The notes beneath the pieces were generated by a model. The model searched no databases. It had not been told where the DNA came from and saw only the letters and a program-made list of their open reading frames with translations. Positions 11,565 to 22,760 of a stretch of DNA of 64,000 nucleotides are shown piece by piece; position 1 is the first letter of the stretch, and the number at the start of each line of letters is the position of its first letter. Location: contig CAVUQO010000002.1 in assembly GCA_963743635.1 (NCBI GenBank), positions 512,001 to 576,000 of the forward strand. The letters run 5' to 3'. This DNA is from Candidatus Babeliales bacterium (GTDB lineage: Bacteria > Babelota > Babeliae > Babelales > Vermiphilaceae). Both the position numbers and the translations under genes were made by a program.

Positions 11565-12338
11565 TTAATTTCTGAATGCGTTGAGCTGCTTTTTGATATC
11601 TACAAGTTGCTCCTGGAGCCCTTTGATCATTTCCTCTTGCTCGCGTGACAGCTGTATCTGCGTTGGATTGGAAGATGATGAAGATGTATTAGGATTTTGA
11701 TCAATTACTTCTAGAGTCATTTTGAGTGTTTTCTTTACATCGGAAAGCTGTTCTATCAGCTGTGCATGCTTTTCTGTTCGCGCTGCTTTCTCTTGTGCTG
11801 CACGTTCTTCAGCCATGCGCTTTTTTGCAGCCTTAAATTTATGATCAGCCTGGATGAATGCTAGATCGAGTGGTGTCTTTTGTTCTGTGGCATCTTTGAG
11901 TTCTTGTTTCATTATTGCAATAGATTGCTGTAGCTCTTGATCGCTCATTTTTGCCGATTGCTTTCTGATCTCTTGGAGCGCCGCGCGTAGATCGTTAATT
12001 TTCAAATCATTGGCTAGAATTTGATCAGCTAATGCTCTTTTGTCTCGGCCTTCTGGTATTTGATGTTCTTCCAATTCAAGAAGGTCAAAAGCCCGATATG
12101 CTCCGGCTATTTCCTGTTCTTTTTCCCGCGTTTCGGAAGTAATTGGATATTTACCTTTTTGTACACGTTCACGCTCTTTTTCTTGGAGTACACGTTGATT
12201 GTGTGCTTGTATAGATGCGGGCGTCATATCCTCGATATCAAGAATGGGTGCAGGCCGACGTATTTCATCATCGTTCATGCCGTGTAAAATTGGAGCGCTC
12301 AGTGCCATAAATAAGGCTGTTATTAGATAATTTTTCAT
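11565..12338 (-). CDS. Hypothetical secreted coiled-coil protein
   Basis: Signal peptide MKNYLITALFMALSAPILHGM followed by a long E/K/Q-rich helical region. Confidence 0.75.
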   Translation of the reverse strand: MKNYLITALFMALSAPILHGMNDDEIRRPAPILDIEDMTPASIQAHNQRVLQEKERERVQKGKYPITSETREKEQEIAGAYRAFDLLELEEHQIPEGRDKRALADQILANDLKINDLRAALQEIRKQSAKMSDQELQQSIAIMKQELKDATEQKTPLDLAFIQADHKFKAAKKRMAEERAAQEKAARTEKHAQLIEQLSDVKKTLKMTLEVIDQNPNTSSSSSNPTQIQLSREQEEMIKGLQEQLVDIKKQLNAFRN

Positions 12339-12487
12339 AATTTTCCTCACATTTTGTAATAATAGATACCTTATATACAGTATATAATAGTGCTATTATA
12401 AAGCAAAAGCCCCCAGGGGACAGGGACGGAAGCATAAAAAAAGGGTCCTTTTTTAGGGGACCCCTCTGAAAAAGCGATTTGATGAAA

Positions 12488-12868
12488 TTATTCAAGATCT
12501 TGAAGCACCGGCTCTCCGCCAGGGTTTAAAACTCTATATTGTCCAAAAAGTTGATATAACTTCTCATCGACGACGTTATCGGGAACGGTCGTCATTTTCT
12601 TTGATTGTAGTTCAAAATAACTTGGCTTTTCTGGACGTATGTACCAGCGATTGGGATAGCGATAATGACCGCAGTAACTGCATTGGCCGTGCGGCAATCG
12701 TTTATAGTTTTTGCATGGGCAATAACATTCAACGTTATGTAATGTGTGATAATCATTATCTTCCGCATATGGATCATGCTCAAAGCTCATGCATTCCTTG
12801 TCGCCATATGCTGATGCGCCGATGATACTCAATACGCACGCGATTCGTATAATAGTTTTTTTCATCAC
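12488..12868 (-). CDS. Hypothetical small Cys-rich secreted protein
   Basis: Signal peptide, CYCPC and CSYCGH motifs, GGGGGAG RBS. Confidence 0.7.
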   Translation of the reverse strand: MMKKTIIRIACVLSIIGASAYGDKECMSFEHDPYAEDNDYHTLHNVECYCPCKNYKRLPHGQCSYCGHYRYPNRWYIRPEKPSYFELQSKKMTTVPDNVVDEKLYQLFGQYRVLNPGGEPVLQDLE

Positions 12869-12931
12869 TCCCCCCTTTGTGATTTATTTTACTCCATTAT
12901 ATCAAATCGGTTTTCAAATAGGCAATGATAA

Positions 12932-13957
12932 TTAGAATTGATCCAAAAAGGAAAGGCTGCTGCTATGGAACAGACGAATATCGTCGATGCTATGACGAAT
13001 CATTGCGAGTCTTTCAACGCCTAATCCGAATGCAAATCCACTATGCGTTTCGGGATTTATGCCGTTGATACGCAATACGTTTGGATGAATAAGTCCTCCG
13101 CCAAGGAGCTCAATCCAACCCGTTTTCTTGCAAGTAGAGCAGCCCTTGCTACAAAAAGGGCATGAAATGTCAATTTCAAGACCCGGTTCAACGAAAGGAA
13201 AATATCCAGGGCGAACGCGGATACGAAGATCTTCTTTTTGAAAGAGTTGTTTCAAGAAGCTTTGTGCAGTAGCCAGTAGATGAGATAGTGAAACATTTTT
13301 ATCGATGAACATGCATTCAGCTTGCGTGAACATAAAATCGTGCGAAGCATCAGTAGCTTCATTGCGATAGACGCGGCCCGGAGCAAATACCGCTAATGGT
13401 AGTTGGTTTTGTTCCATGGCATGAGCCTGCATCGTTGAAGTGTGTGTACGCATGAGCATGTCAGGGACATTGAGCCAGAACGTATCATGCATATCTTTGG
13501 CCGGATGATCCATCGGAATATTTAAACTCTCAAAGTTGTAGTAATCCGATTCGATTTCAGGACCATCTATGACGTTATATCCCATGGAAATGAAGATATC
13601 TTCAAGTTCTTGTATGATCTGCGTATAAATATGAAGACGCGCAGGAAGATCGTTTTTCTTATATGCGGTTACATCAAAATATTTATTCGCTTCATGGACC
13701 CGTGCCACTTGAGCAGCAAAAAGTTCCTGTTCGCGCTTTCTATAGGATGTTTCCAGATCAATTTTGAGCTGATTGAGTTGTGGGCCGACTACTCGTTTTT
13801 CGTCTGCCGAAAGATCTTTGAGTTGCTTCATAAGCTCAGTCAGATGGCCGCTTCTGCCCAAAAAGGCAACCCGTACCTGCTCGAGCGCCTGCTCGGAGGT
13901 GGCGTTTTGGAGTTCGGATAGGAATTGTGTATAAAGGGCGGTAAGCGAATCTTTCAT
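12932..13957 (-). CDS. pheS: Phenylalanine--tRNA ligase alpha subunit
   Basis: HPAKDMHDTF, RTHTS, PGRVYRNE, YFPFVEPG, GFAFGLGVERLAM. Confidence 0.97.
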   Translation of the reverse strand: MKDSLTALYTQFLSELQNATSEQALEQVRVAFLGRSGHLTELMKQLKDLSADEKRVVGPQLNQLKIDLETSYRKREQELFAAQVARVHEANKYFDVTAYKKNDLPARLHIYTQIIQELEDIFISMGYNVIDGPEIESDYYNFESLNIPMDHPAKDMHDTFWLNVPDMLMRTHTSTMQAHAMEQNQLPLAVFAPGRVYRNEATDASHDFMFTQAECMFIDKNVSLSHLLATAQSFLKQLFQKEDLRIRVRPGYFPFVEPGLEIDISCPFCSKGCSTCKKTGWIELLGGGLIHPNVLRINGINPETHSGFAFGLGVERLAMIRHSIDDIRLFHSSSLSFLDQF

Positions 13958-14124
13958 AGGAAATTGGCCATCTAAAGGGGATAATTAATTTTCTACAGCG
14001 TAGCAAAGAGACGCAGGATTGGCAATATTATAAATGCCAGGCATAATATGAGAAAAGTATCTGTTTATATTGACAAAAAGAGCTGAACGGGTACTATTAT
14101 CAGTGTAATTTTCTTTACATATAT

Positions 14125-14199
14125 GCCGGGGTAGCTCAGTGGTAGAGCGTAAGCCTGAAGAGCTTAGCGTCGTTGGTTCAATTCCGACCCCCGGCACCA
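14125..14199 (+). tRNA. tRNA-Phe(GAA)
   Basis: GCCGGGG...CCCCGGC acceptor stem, anticodon arm TAAGC-CTGAAGA-GCTTA, GGTTCAATTCC, encoded CCA. Confidence 0.96.
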
Positions 14200-14257
14200 T
14201 TCATTTTTCAATCCTCGTCAGTTGAACGCTTTCGTCGCAGCTGATAAAAATGAATGG
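14197..14257 (+). repeat. About 60-bp MITE-like element with CATTCATTTTT/AAAAATGAATG terminal inverted repeats
   Basis: 55/60 identical to the reverse complement of 33664-33723. Confidence 0.8.
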
Positions 14258-14312
14258 CAGGCCTTCATTTTGACTTCTAAGTATCAATTTTTTAATAATT
14301 AAAAGGGTAACC

Positions 14313-14620
14313 ATGAAAAAATTATTAGTGTTAGCTGCTGTGATGCAAATGAGTCTATTGGTAGCAGGTGAAGTCAATATCAAAGGCTTGGATAAAGGAG
14401 CCTTATTTAAAGCGCTTTATGCCAATGCTGGAGGCGATGCAGACGATTTAAATGATGCCGGAATTCAAAAAGCTTCAAACGGATTTGTTTACTTCATCAA
14501 TGGACGACTCATGAGAACAGATGTATCGAAAATTGGTTTGATACGTGGTTGTATAATGGGGAATACGGAGTCAATGCTGCAGAAAATGTCATTGCAGAAC
14601 TTCGTAAACCGAATCAATAA
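14313..14620 (+). CDS. Hypothetical secreted protein (probable frameshift near 14530)
   Basis: Signal peptide MKKLLVLAAV...; the alternative frame after GAAAATTGG continues NWFDTWLYNGEYGVNAAENVIAELRKPNQ*. Confidence 0.6.
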
Positions 14621-14879
14621 TTGGTTTTATAAAAAGTAATTATGATGGGCGATATAGGTAAAACTATATCGCCCATTTTTTTGCGTAAATTTTACTGACA
14701 TCCGGCCCCTCCAAAAAATCTCCCATTTTTTATTAATTCTTCCTTTTGCAGCCAATCTTAATGGCCAGCTTACATAGATTGTTTTCATAATGGGCAAGAG
14801 ATGGTATGGTTTACTGAAAGAGTAGTAAAATGCTCGAGTAGTAAATGAAGAAAAGAGCTTAGATAAAGGGTTATAAGCG

Positions 14880-15548
14880 ATGAGACATGTACCATCAGAT
14901 AAATACAATGTAGCATGGTTCAAGCTGGCAGAGTGTGTATCGCGTGGTGAGAAGGAACGTGCGCTTGGTGTGTACAGACTATTAGCCCATTCATTTGGTG
15001 ATGAAGCATTTGCATATCAGTTGATGGGAGATTTGCTCTTATCGTTTGACGATGTGCAAGCGATTGCAAAATATCAAGAAGCGGCAGATCGTTATACGTA
15101 TGAAAAACGCTGGCTTGAAGCGGCAGCAGTGTATGAACATTTATTGACCTTTGATCCCACCAATATCGCTTATCGCAAAGAATTGTTCGACTTATATAGA
15201 GAAACGACCCTGCAGGGAAAAATTATCATTAATTTGACCCATCTTTTGCAGCAATATATTGATGCCGATAATTTGGATAATGCGCTGCAGACTATGGAGC
15301 AGCTTGATAGCTATCTTTCAGTGCAAGATCTTGCGCCGATTCGTCAGAAATTGGTTTATGCGTTACTGACAAAGCGGATTGTGGTTCCCGATATAGTGAT
15401 CGAACAAATACATCGCACCATCGATGGTTATTTCGCGGCAAACAATACCAAAGCATTAACGCAATTTTTAACGTACCTTGAGCAGGTAGGTGATTATTAT
15501 TTCGTTGAAGCTTCAAAATATATGGAATCAGATACGTTTAAATTGTAA
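14880..15548 (+). CDS. Hypothetical TPR-like helical protein
   Basis: 222-aa ORF with TPR-like helices (AYQLMGDLL, AAAVYEHLLTFDP). Confidence 0.75.
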   Translation: MRHVPSDKYNVAWFKLAECVSRGEKERALGVYRLLAHSFGDEAFAYQLMGDLLLSFDDVQAIAKYQEAADRYTYEKRWLEAAAVYEHLLTFDPTNIAYRKELFDLYRETTLQGKIIINLTHLLQQYIDADNLDNALQTMEQLDSYLSVQDLAPIRQKLVYALLTKRIVVPDIVIEQIHRTIDGYFAANNTKALTQFLTYLEQVGDYYFVEASKYMESDTFKL

Positions 15549-18500
15549 GGCGAACATCAATCGATTCTGTTTCGAGATTCGCAACGATTTCGTTATCAAG
15601 CGACAACCTTTTCTTTGGTGGTCAGCCGTAATTTTTGACCATTCTCATGGAATATCAGTTCGAGTGGTATCTTTCCTTTGCCCAATAATTCTTTGAGTCT
15701 TTTAACCTGTGCATCTGTTATACGTGGTGGCATAGCGAGCGAAACTTTGCTGATTGCCGGCCATTCTTGCAGCAGTAATTCGATCGGTATACACTCATCA
15801 GCTTTAATTTTACATTTTTGTTGTGAGGTAATATCAACCGCACCTTTAATCATGAACACATGATAGCTATCAAGCCATTGTTCAACTTTTTTAAATGTTT
15901 TAGGAAATAGCACGATTTCTGCATGTGATTCCATGTCTTCAAACTGAATGAACGCCATGCGATCACCTTTTTTTGTAGTGATATCGCGGCGACTTTTTAA
16001 AAGTCCGCAGGCAATTACAATCGGTTCTTGCATAGAATTATGAGCATTTGCGGCAGCGAGTGATTGCGCAAAGGTAGGAATGTTGAGCCAGTTTAGTTGT
16101 GCGCGGTAGGTTTCAAGAGGATGCGAACTTAAATAAAATCCGATCACTTCTTTTTCTTTTTCCAGCTTTTCCCGATCATCCCATTCTTTGAGTGGCTGGT
16201 ATTCATAGGCGGTATGTGCATCTTGATCGTATGCGGCTTGCTGAAAAGGCCCATTTGGCCGGTTGCTTTTGTTTTTTTATATTCAACAGCATAATCGATA
16301 ATTTTTTGTGCTTCTGCATGTTTTTGAGAGCGCCGTCCAGGCAAGTGTATCAAATGCTCCCGCGCAGATCAGATTTTCAATAACCCGTTTATTGGAAGTT
16401 CTTAAATCGATACGTTGGCATAAATCGAGCATATCCTTAAACGGTTTTTTGGTTCGTTCGGTAATAATATTTTCAAGTGATGTGAGACCAACATTTTTGA
16501 TGCCCTGTAATCCAAACAAGATTGCTTGATTTTCAACGGTAAAATCGATTTCAGAGCGATTAATGTCAGGAGGCATGATGGTGATGCCCATATCTTTCGC
16601 CTCTTGTAGGTAAAAGGACATTTTTTCCGCATGTTGCACTTCAAGCGTGATTAAACAGGCCATAAATTCAGGTGCATAATTTGCTTTTAAGTATGCGGTT
16701 TGATAGGCAAGCAGGGCATATGCAGCAGAGTGTGATTTATTAAAACCGTATCCGGCAAAATATGCCATAAGATCGAAAAGATCTCCTGCTCGTTTCCCAT
16801 TAAAGTTACGCTCAAGAGCACGTTTTAAAAAGAGCTCTTTTTGTTCTGCCATAACTTCTGCTTTTTTCTTACCCATTGCACGGCGTAAAATGTCCGATTC
16901 GCCAAGGCTGTAACCAGCAATGGTAGATGCAATTTTCATAACCTGTTCTTGGTAGACAATAACGCCATACGTTTCTTTTAAGATTGGCTCAAGCTCATCG
17001 AAATAAATAGGTTATTTTTTGGCGGCCATGTTTGCGTTCAATAAAATCATCGACCATCCCCGATCCGAGTGGTCCTGGTCGATAGAGTGCGTTTACCGCA
17101 ATAATATCTTCAAACGTAGTTGGCTGCAGTTTACAAAGAACATCTTGCAATCCGCTCGATTCTAACTGGAATACGCCTGATGTTTTTCCGGCGCTGATTA
17201 GCTCAAATGTTTTGGGATCATCGAGAGCGAGCTTGTGCATATCAAGATGAATGCCTCGATTTTTATAAATAAGTTTTACCGCTTTATCGATAAGCGTAAG
17301 GTTTTTAAGGCCTAAAAGATCGATTTTGAGAAATCCTAAACTTTCCAGTTCCGTCATTGCATATTGTGTCACCAATTCGGTGCTGCGTGGCGGTACATAA
17401 ACTGGCAATACTTCATCGATCGGATGTGGTGAAATCACAATGCCGGCAGCATGTTTTGATGCGTGCCGCGTGAGTCCTTCAAGACGAAATGCAAGATCAA
17501 ACACTTTGTGAACTTTGGGATTGCTATCAATCAGTTCCTGTAGACGTGGCTCTAATTCGATCGCTTCTTTGAGCGTAATTTTGAGTTGATCGGGAATTAA
17601 GATTGGTGATCATGTTCGAGTCTTCAAAGGGCACGCCCAGTGCGCGTGCAACGTCCTTAATGACTCCTTTTGCCATCATCGTACCGAACGTAATAATTTG
17701 GCATACTTTATCGTGTCCATATTTATCACGTACATAGTTGATAACGGCCTCACGGCCTTCAATGCAAAAATCGATATCGATATCGGGCATGGTTACCCGT
17801 TCAGGATTTAAAAATCGCTCAAAAAGTAAATTATATTTAATCGGATCGATATCCGTAATTTCAAGGGCCCACGAAACAAGTGACCCAGCAGCGGACCCCC
17901 GTCCAGGGCCTACGGGAATACCGTTACGCCGCGCCCATTGAATGAAATCACTCACCACCAAAAAGTATTCAACAAATCCCATCGATGTAATGAGTTCAAT
18001 CTCAAGTTTTAAACGGTCGCGATAGGCTGCTTCCTGTTCGCGCGGTATGCGTTCGTTATTGAGTAATTTTTCAAAGCCAAGTTCTGAAAGATATTTAAAG
18101 TGGCTTGCAGGAGTATGATCTTTTGGAATTTCAAATTGCGGGAAAAATAATTTACCGGTTTGAAACTCAAAATTACAGGCATCGGCAATGACGCCCGTAT
18201 TCCATACTGCTTCATCATGACCGGGAAATTGTGCAAGCATTTCATCCGCAGTACGCATATAAACCCGACAATCACCAAAAGTATAGCGATCGTGATTATC
18301 CATTTTGTCATGCGTTTGGATTGCAAGCATCACTTCATGTGCTTCATGATCGGCAAGGCTTGGATAGTGGCAATCACCCGTTGCAACGAGTGGAATACCC
18401 CGCCGTTTTGAAAGATCATAGAGTTGATGATTGAACATTTTCTGTTCTTGCTGGTCCTCTGGCTGTATTTCAAGATAATAGCGATCTTCTCCAAAAACGC

Positions 18501-18984
18501 GCAAAAACCAATCGAGTCGAGCATCGAGCGCAGCGTGATTGCCTTCGCGCAGCAAATTGGCAACGTGTCCGCCTAGGCAAGCACTGGTGGCAATGAGTCC
18601 CTCAGAATATTCTTCGAGCACATTGTAATCGATGCGTGGTTTAAAGTAGAAGCCTTTTTGGAATGAAAAAGAGATCAGTTTGCAGAGATTTTTATATCCT
18701 TGTTCATTCTGCACGAGAAGAATTTGGTGATAATATTTATTTTGCGCGTTTTTAATGCTCGCATCTTCAGTAAGATACGCCTCAATACCTACAATCGGCT
18801 TAATGCCGGCCTTTTTGCATTTCTCAAAAAATTTGACCGCGCCAAAGATGTTACCATGATCGGTAATAGCTAATGCTTTGAGGTTTTGTTCTTTGCCGAA
18901 GGCAACCAGCTTATCAAGCGATATGGCACCATCCAGCAATGAATGATCAGTATGCAAATGCAAATGAGTGAAATGTTTTGACAT
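15538..18984 (-). CDS. dnaE: DNA polymerase III alpha subunit (several apparent frameshifts)
   Basis: PHP domain (HLHLHTDHSLLDG, AITDHGN), GPGRGSAAGS, MPDIDIDF, KHAAGIVI, FAGYGFNKSH, OB fold; reconstructed C-terminus ...IDVRLTI* ends at 15538. Confidence 0.96.
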
Positions 18985-19065
18985 GCCAAAAAATGTTTTG
19001 AGTTTACAATATAGGATTTGAGACGGTATTAGTGTAGGTCAAAACGGGCAAAAAGTGTAGAAGAA

Positions 19066-19959
19066 TCACACAATGTTCTGTGTTTGTTCACGCGCTTTTT
19101 CAAGTTCAACTTTCACGTTAATGGCAAGAGATCCGATCGTTGCATCGGAACATTTTGCTGCAATGGTGTTAATTTCACGTGCAAGTTCTTGCAGGGTGAA
19201 ATCGAGTCGTTTACCTTTTTCGATGGAATCTGATTTCAGATGCGCGGTGAGACTTTTCAGATGAGTTTTGAATCGAACGATTTCTTCGTGGATGTCCATT
19301 TTATCAAGGAGCGTATACAGCGTGTTTTTATGAAAATCATTCGCTTTGGTTTCATCTTCGGTCATCTCTTTGAGCGCAGCATGAAGTTTTTCTTTTTGTG
19401 CTTCCATCAGACCAGCAGAATTGTGTTCAATAGTCTCGATCTCTTTTTGCATGATCGCAATGCGTTGAGTGATATCTTCATGCAATGTTTTACCTTCAAC
19501 TTCTTGCGTTTCAATAACTTCATCAATCAGTTGTTTTGTGGTTTGTAAAATCAGTTCCGTTGATGCGGCATCAAGACTTTTTTCAGCGAGATTAAAGACG
19601 TTGGGCAGCTGAAGAATGTTATCTAGTGTGAGCGATCCTTCGAGCTTGCAGTCCTTTTTTATGATATCGATTGCGTGTAAATATTCATGTACGATTGAAA
19701 GGGATGGTTCAACAACGCTTTTAAATGCATTGGGCGTATTAGTATTGATCGTAAAGTAGATGTGTCCGCGATAGAGATGCTGCTTGAGGAGTTTGGTAAT
19801 CTCTGTTTCAAGATTACTAAGCGGGTAGGGCAATTTGCAGGTTACTTCAAAAAAGCGAGAATTGAGTGATTTAAGACTGATGGCAACTTGGGCTTTGCTC
19901 CCATCTTCAAGGGTAAACACTAAGCTCTTGGTCGCAAAACCGGTCATACTTCGAATCAT
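19066..19959 (-). CDS. yicC: YicC/YloC family endoribonuclease
   Basis: MIRSMTGF, SLNSRFFE, DIHEEIVRF, GKRLDFTLQELAREINTIAAK, EKAREQTQNI. Confidence 0.93.
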   Translation of the reverse strand: MIRSMTGFATKSLVFTLEDGSKAQVAISLKSLNSRFFEVTCKLPYPLSNLETEITKLLKQHLYRGHIYFTINTNTPNAFKSVVEPSLSIVHEYLHAIDIIKKDCKLEGSLTLDNILQLPNVFNLAEKSLDAASTELILQTTKQLIDEVIETQEVEGKTLHEDITQRIAIMQKEIETIEHNSAGLMEAQKEKLHAALKEMTEDETKANDFHKNTLYTLLDKMDIHEEIVRFKTHLKSLTAHLKSDSIEKGKRLDFTLQELAREINTIAAKCSDATIGSLAINVKVELEKAREQTQNIV

Positions 19960-19972
19960 AAACGCCTTTTAG

Positions 19973-20690
19973 TTATACGAGGTTTGAGAATACATTTTGC
20001 ACATCATCATGATCTTCAAGTTCAGTCAAAAACTTGTAGACTTCTTCACTATCCGAATCAGAAAGTTCTATGGTGTTTTTAGGTACCCATTCAAGATCAG
20101 CGCTTTCGATTTTAAATCCTAATTTAATAAGCTTGTCTTTGATTGGTTCAATGGATTTAGGATTGCAATAAATAGAGAAGAATCCTTCATCATTTTTAAT
20201 TTCATCCACATCATATTCCAGCAGGTGCTCGAGTAAATCATCTTCAGTGATACCTTGCTTTTCGGCGCGTACTACACCTTTGCGTTCAAACATCCAGCTG
20301 ACGGTTCCAGTTTCCCCCAAGCTAGCGCCATGAGAGGTAAAGAGTCTACGAATTTCGGCAACGGTGCGATTTTTGTTGTCAGTTAAGCGCTTCGATTACG
20401 ATGGCAACATTATGTGGGCCATAGCCTTCATACATAATGTGCTCATAATTTGCGCCAGTGGTATCGCTAGTGCCGCGCTTGATGGCGCGTATTGCATTTT
20501 CTTGTGGCATATTGATTGCTTTGCTTTTATCCAAGAGCAATCGTAAGCGTGGATTGCCAGCAGGATCTCCGCCGCCAAGTCGTGCACATACCGATATTTC
20601 TTTGATAAGTTTGGTAAACGCTTTGCCGCGTTTTGAATCTTCTACTGCTTTTTTTCGTTTAATGGTAGACCATTTTGAATGACCGGACAT
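19973..20690 (-). CDS. yebC: YebC/PmpR family protein (one apparent frameshift)
   Basis: [42 protein letters not shown]. Confidence 0.95.
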
Positions 20691-20802
20691 AGCCAGTTTC
20701 TCCTGACCAACATATATAATGTATAAAATACTTGTTTTGTTAATATCCTATCGTTTTATACTCGAGATGTCGAATGGTTATACCACATAACAGGGAGGAA
20801 GT

Positions 20803-21105
20803 ATGACTAGACGTTTTTTACTACTATTGAGTGTCACGTGTATGGGGTATGCGATGAATAATGGCCGGTTTGCTGATGCGATAAATGGGCGACAGTACAA
20901 TGAAAATCAGAGGTTATTGAATAGACAGCGCGATCAAGAAAACTGCGTGCAGGCTGTCGTGAGGTATTGCACTGATCGTCGCGCTGGTGCATTAATAGTG
21001 TGTGGTAATTGTTTGTGTGCAGGGCTTATTGGGGTGGCATGTTGGCATGCAGGGTGTGTAGATGCAGGACAGGCGAGTCGAATAGTTGCACAGGTAATGC
21101 AATAA
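20803..21105 (+). CDS. Hypothetical secreted Cys-rich membrane protein
   Basis: GGAGG RBS, signal peptide ending GYAM, ENQRLL, Cys-rich C-terminal hydrophobic segment. Confidence 0.65.
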   Translation: MTRRFLLLLSVTCMGYAMNNGRFADAINGRQYNENQRLLNRQRDQENCVQAVVRYCTDRRAGALIVCGNCLCAGLIGVACWHAGCVDAGQASRIVAQVMQ

Positions 21106-21119
21106 AAGGGGGATGGCCA

Positions 21120-21454
21120 ATGCGTCTTTTTCTATTGGTGGCTCTGAGTAGTTCATGTTTGAGTTACGGCATGAATGACAATAATAATAACAATAATAAT
21201 GGGTATTGCAGTGAGGTAGCGATGCAATATTGTTGTGGTCTTTTGACGGAAAGTATTATCGCGCGATACAGTGCAGAGCGGCAAGCGCTCTTAACTCTGG
21301 GAATATACAGCAATCTCCGAGTATCGGGGAGCGTACGTGCCGTGCATGTTGTGCTCGCCATTGGGGCAAGATATGTTGCTGCTGCTCGTGTTGTTGTGTA
21401 TCGGTTGCTGGTGGAGCAATTGCGTTTGCGGGAGGGCATAAGGCGGGGTGTTGA
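21120..21454 (+). CDS. Hypothetical secreted Cys-string protein, probable paralog of the upstream ORF (probable frameshift near 21300)
   Basis: Signal peptide ending SYGM, poly-Asn, ERQALL; second frame gives ICCCCSCCCVSVAGGAIAFAGGHKAGC, matching the ...HAGC of the upstream ORF. Confidence 0.5.
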
Positions 21455-21498
21455 TGCGATGAAGAAAAGTGCTAATACGGGCGGTAATGCAGTAGTTT

Positions 21499-22530
21499 TT
21501 AGCGCAAAATAGTATTTTGTCCCAAGAAACGCTGCTTTAAGAGCGCCAATTTTTTGGGGGAATTTGTCGGCCGCGGGGTGTTTTTTCAAGATAGCCTTTT
21601 TGCATAAGAAACGGTTCATAGACCGCCTCGATGGTATCTTTATCTTCACCAATAATTGATGCGAGTGTTTCCAATCCAACAGGGCCGCCATTAAAATGTT
21701 CCATAATTTTTTGCAGAAGCATGAGATCAACTTTGGTCAGACCTTCGGCATCGAGTGCCTAAGAAAGTCAAGTGCTTCATTCACCAATTTTTCATCGGCA
21801 ATATTTTGATTGTTAACTTGCGCGAAATCTCGCACTCTGCGCAAAATTTTCTTTGCAATGCGGGGTGTTCCGCGTGCACAGCGCGCAATTTGAGCGCTGA
21901 TTGCATCGATAATTCAAGTGCAAGAAAACGGGCACTTTGCAGAATAATGTCGCGCAGTTCTTCATCGTTATAAAAATCGAGTCGTTCAATAATGCCAAAG
22001 CGGCTGCGCAATGGCGCGGAAATCATACCACTTTTGGTGGTGGCGCCGACAAGCGTAAAGGGATTGATCGGTAGATTGATCGATTTTGCGCCTGCGCCTT
22101 GACCAATAATGACGTCAATCCGAAAATGTTCCATCGCATTGTAAAGCACTTCTTCAACATTGCTAGGCATGCGGTGAATTTCATCAATAAATAAAATATC
22201 GCGTGCATCTAAACTGGATAAAATGGCCACCAAATCGCCGGTGCGTTCCATCATGGGGCCACTGCAAATTTTAATATTGGTGCCCATAACGTGTGCCATA
22301 ATTTGTGAAAGCGTAGTTTTACCAAGTCCAGGAGGCCCGAAAAGCAGCAGATGATCGAGCGGTTCATTGCGCATTTTTGCAGCTTGCGTATAAACTGCTA
22401 ATTTTTCCTTGAGCTCTTTTTGCCCCAAATAATCATCAAATGTTTTGGGGACAAAATCGTGTGTTTTTTCTTCGGGAGTTTCGTGGAGGGTCAGAAACTC
22501 AATACCGTTGATTTCTTCCATGGATGGCAC
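21499..22530 (-). CDS. ruvB: Holliday junction branch migration helicase RuvB (apparent frameshifts near the 3' end)
   Basis: [52 protein letters not shown]. Confidence 0.96.
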
Positions 22531-22760
22531 TTTTGATTAAAGGGTTGCACTTGGAATGGAGTGTATACCAAAGCAGTATGGTTGTGAAATGATATGCATG
22601 ATTTTTGCAAATGCGTTGCAAAAATTTTTGACGAGATAGTAGATTGGTTTCAGCCTTAGAGCCTATATTTTTTATGATCATATTTATTGAGGAAATATAC
22701 TTCTGGAGCTTGTTTTTTGCAAATGTTCTTTAGATTGAATTCACGTTAAGGTGGGTAATT

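Noticed and set aside
13985..14200. ORFs overlapping tRNAs (13985..14200, 34009..34194, 34340..34537, 34361..34639, 59251..59433, 59461..59685)
   Set aside because: Shadow translations of tRNA genes
15538..18984. Split or intein-containing dnaE, or dnaE pseudogene
   Set aside because: Fragments are collinear and sum to normal length, no intein motifs are seen, and the gene is essential; indels are best explained as sequencing errors
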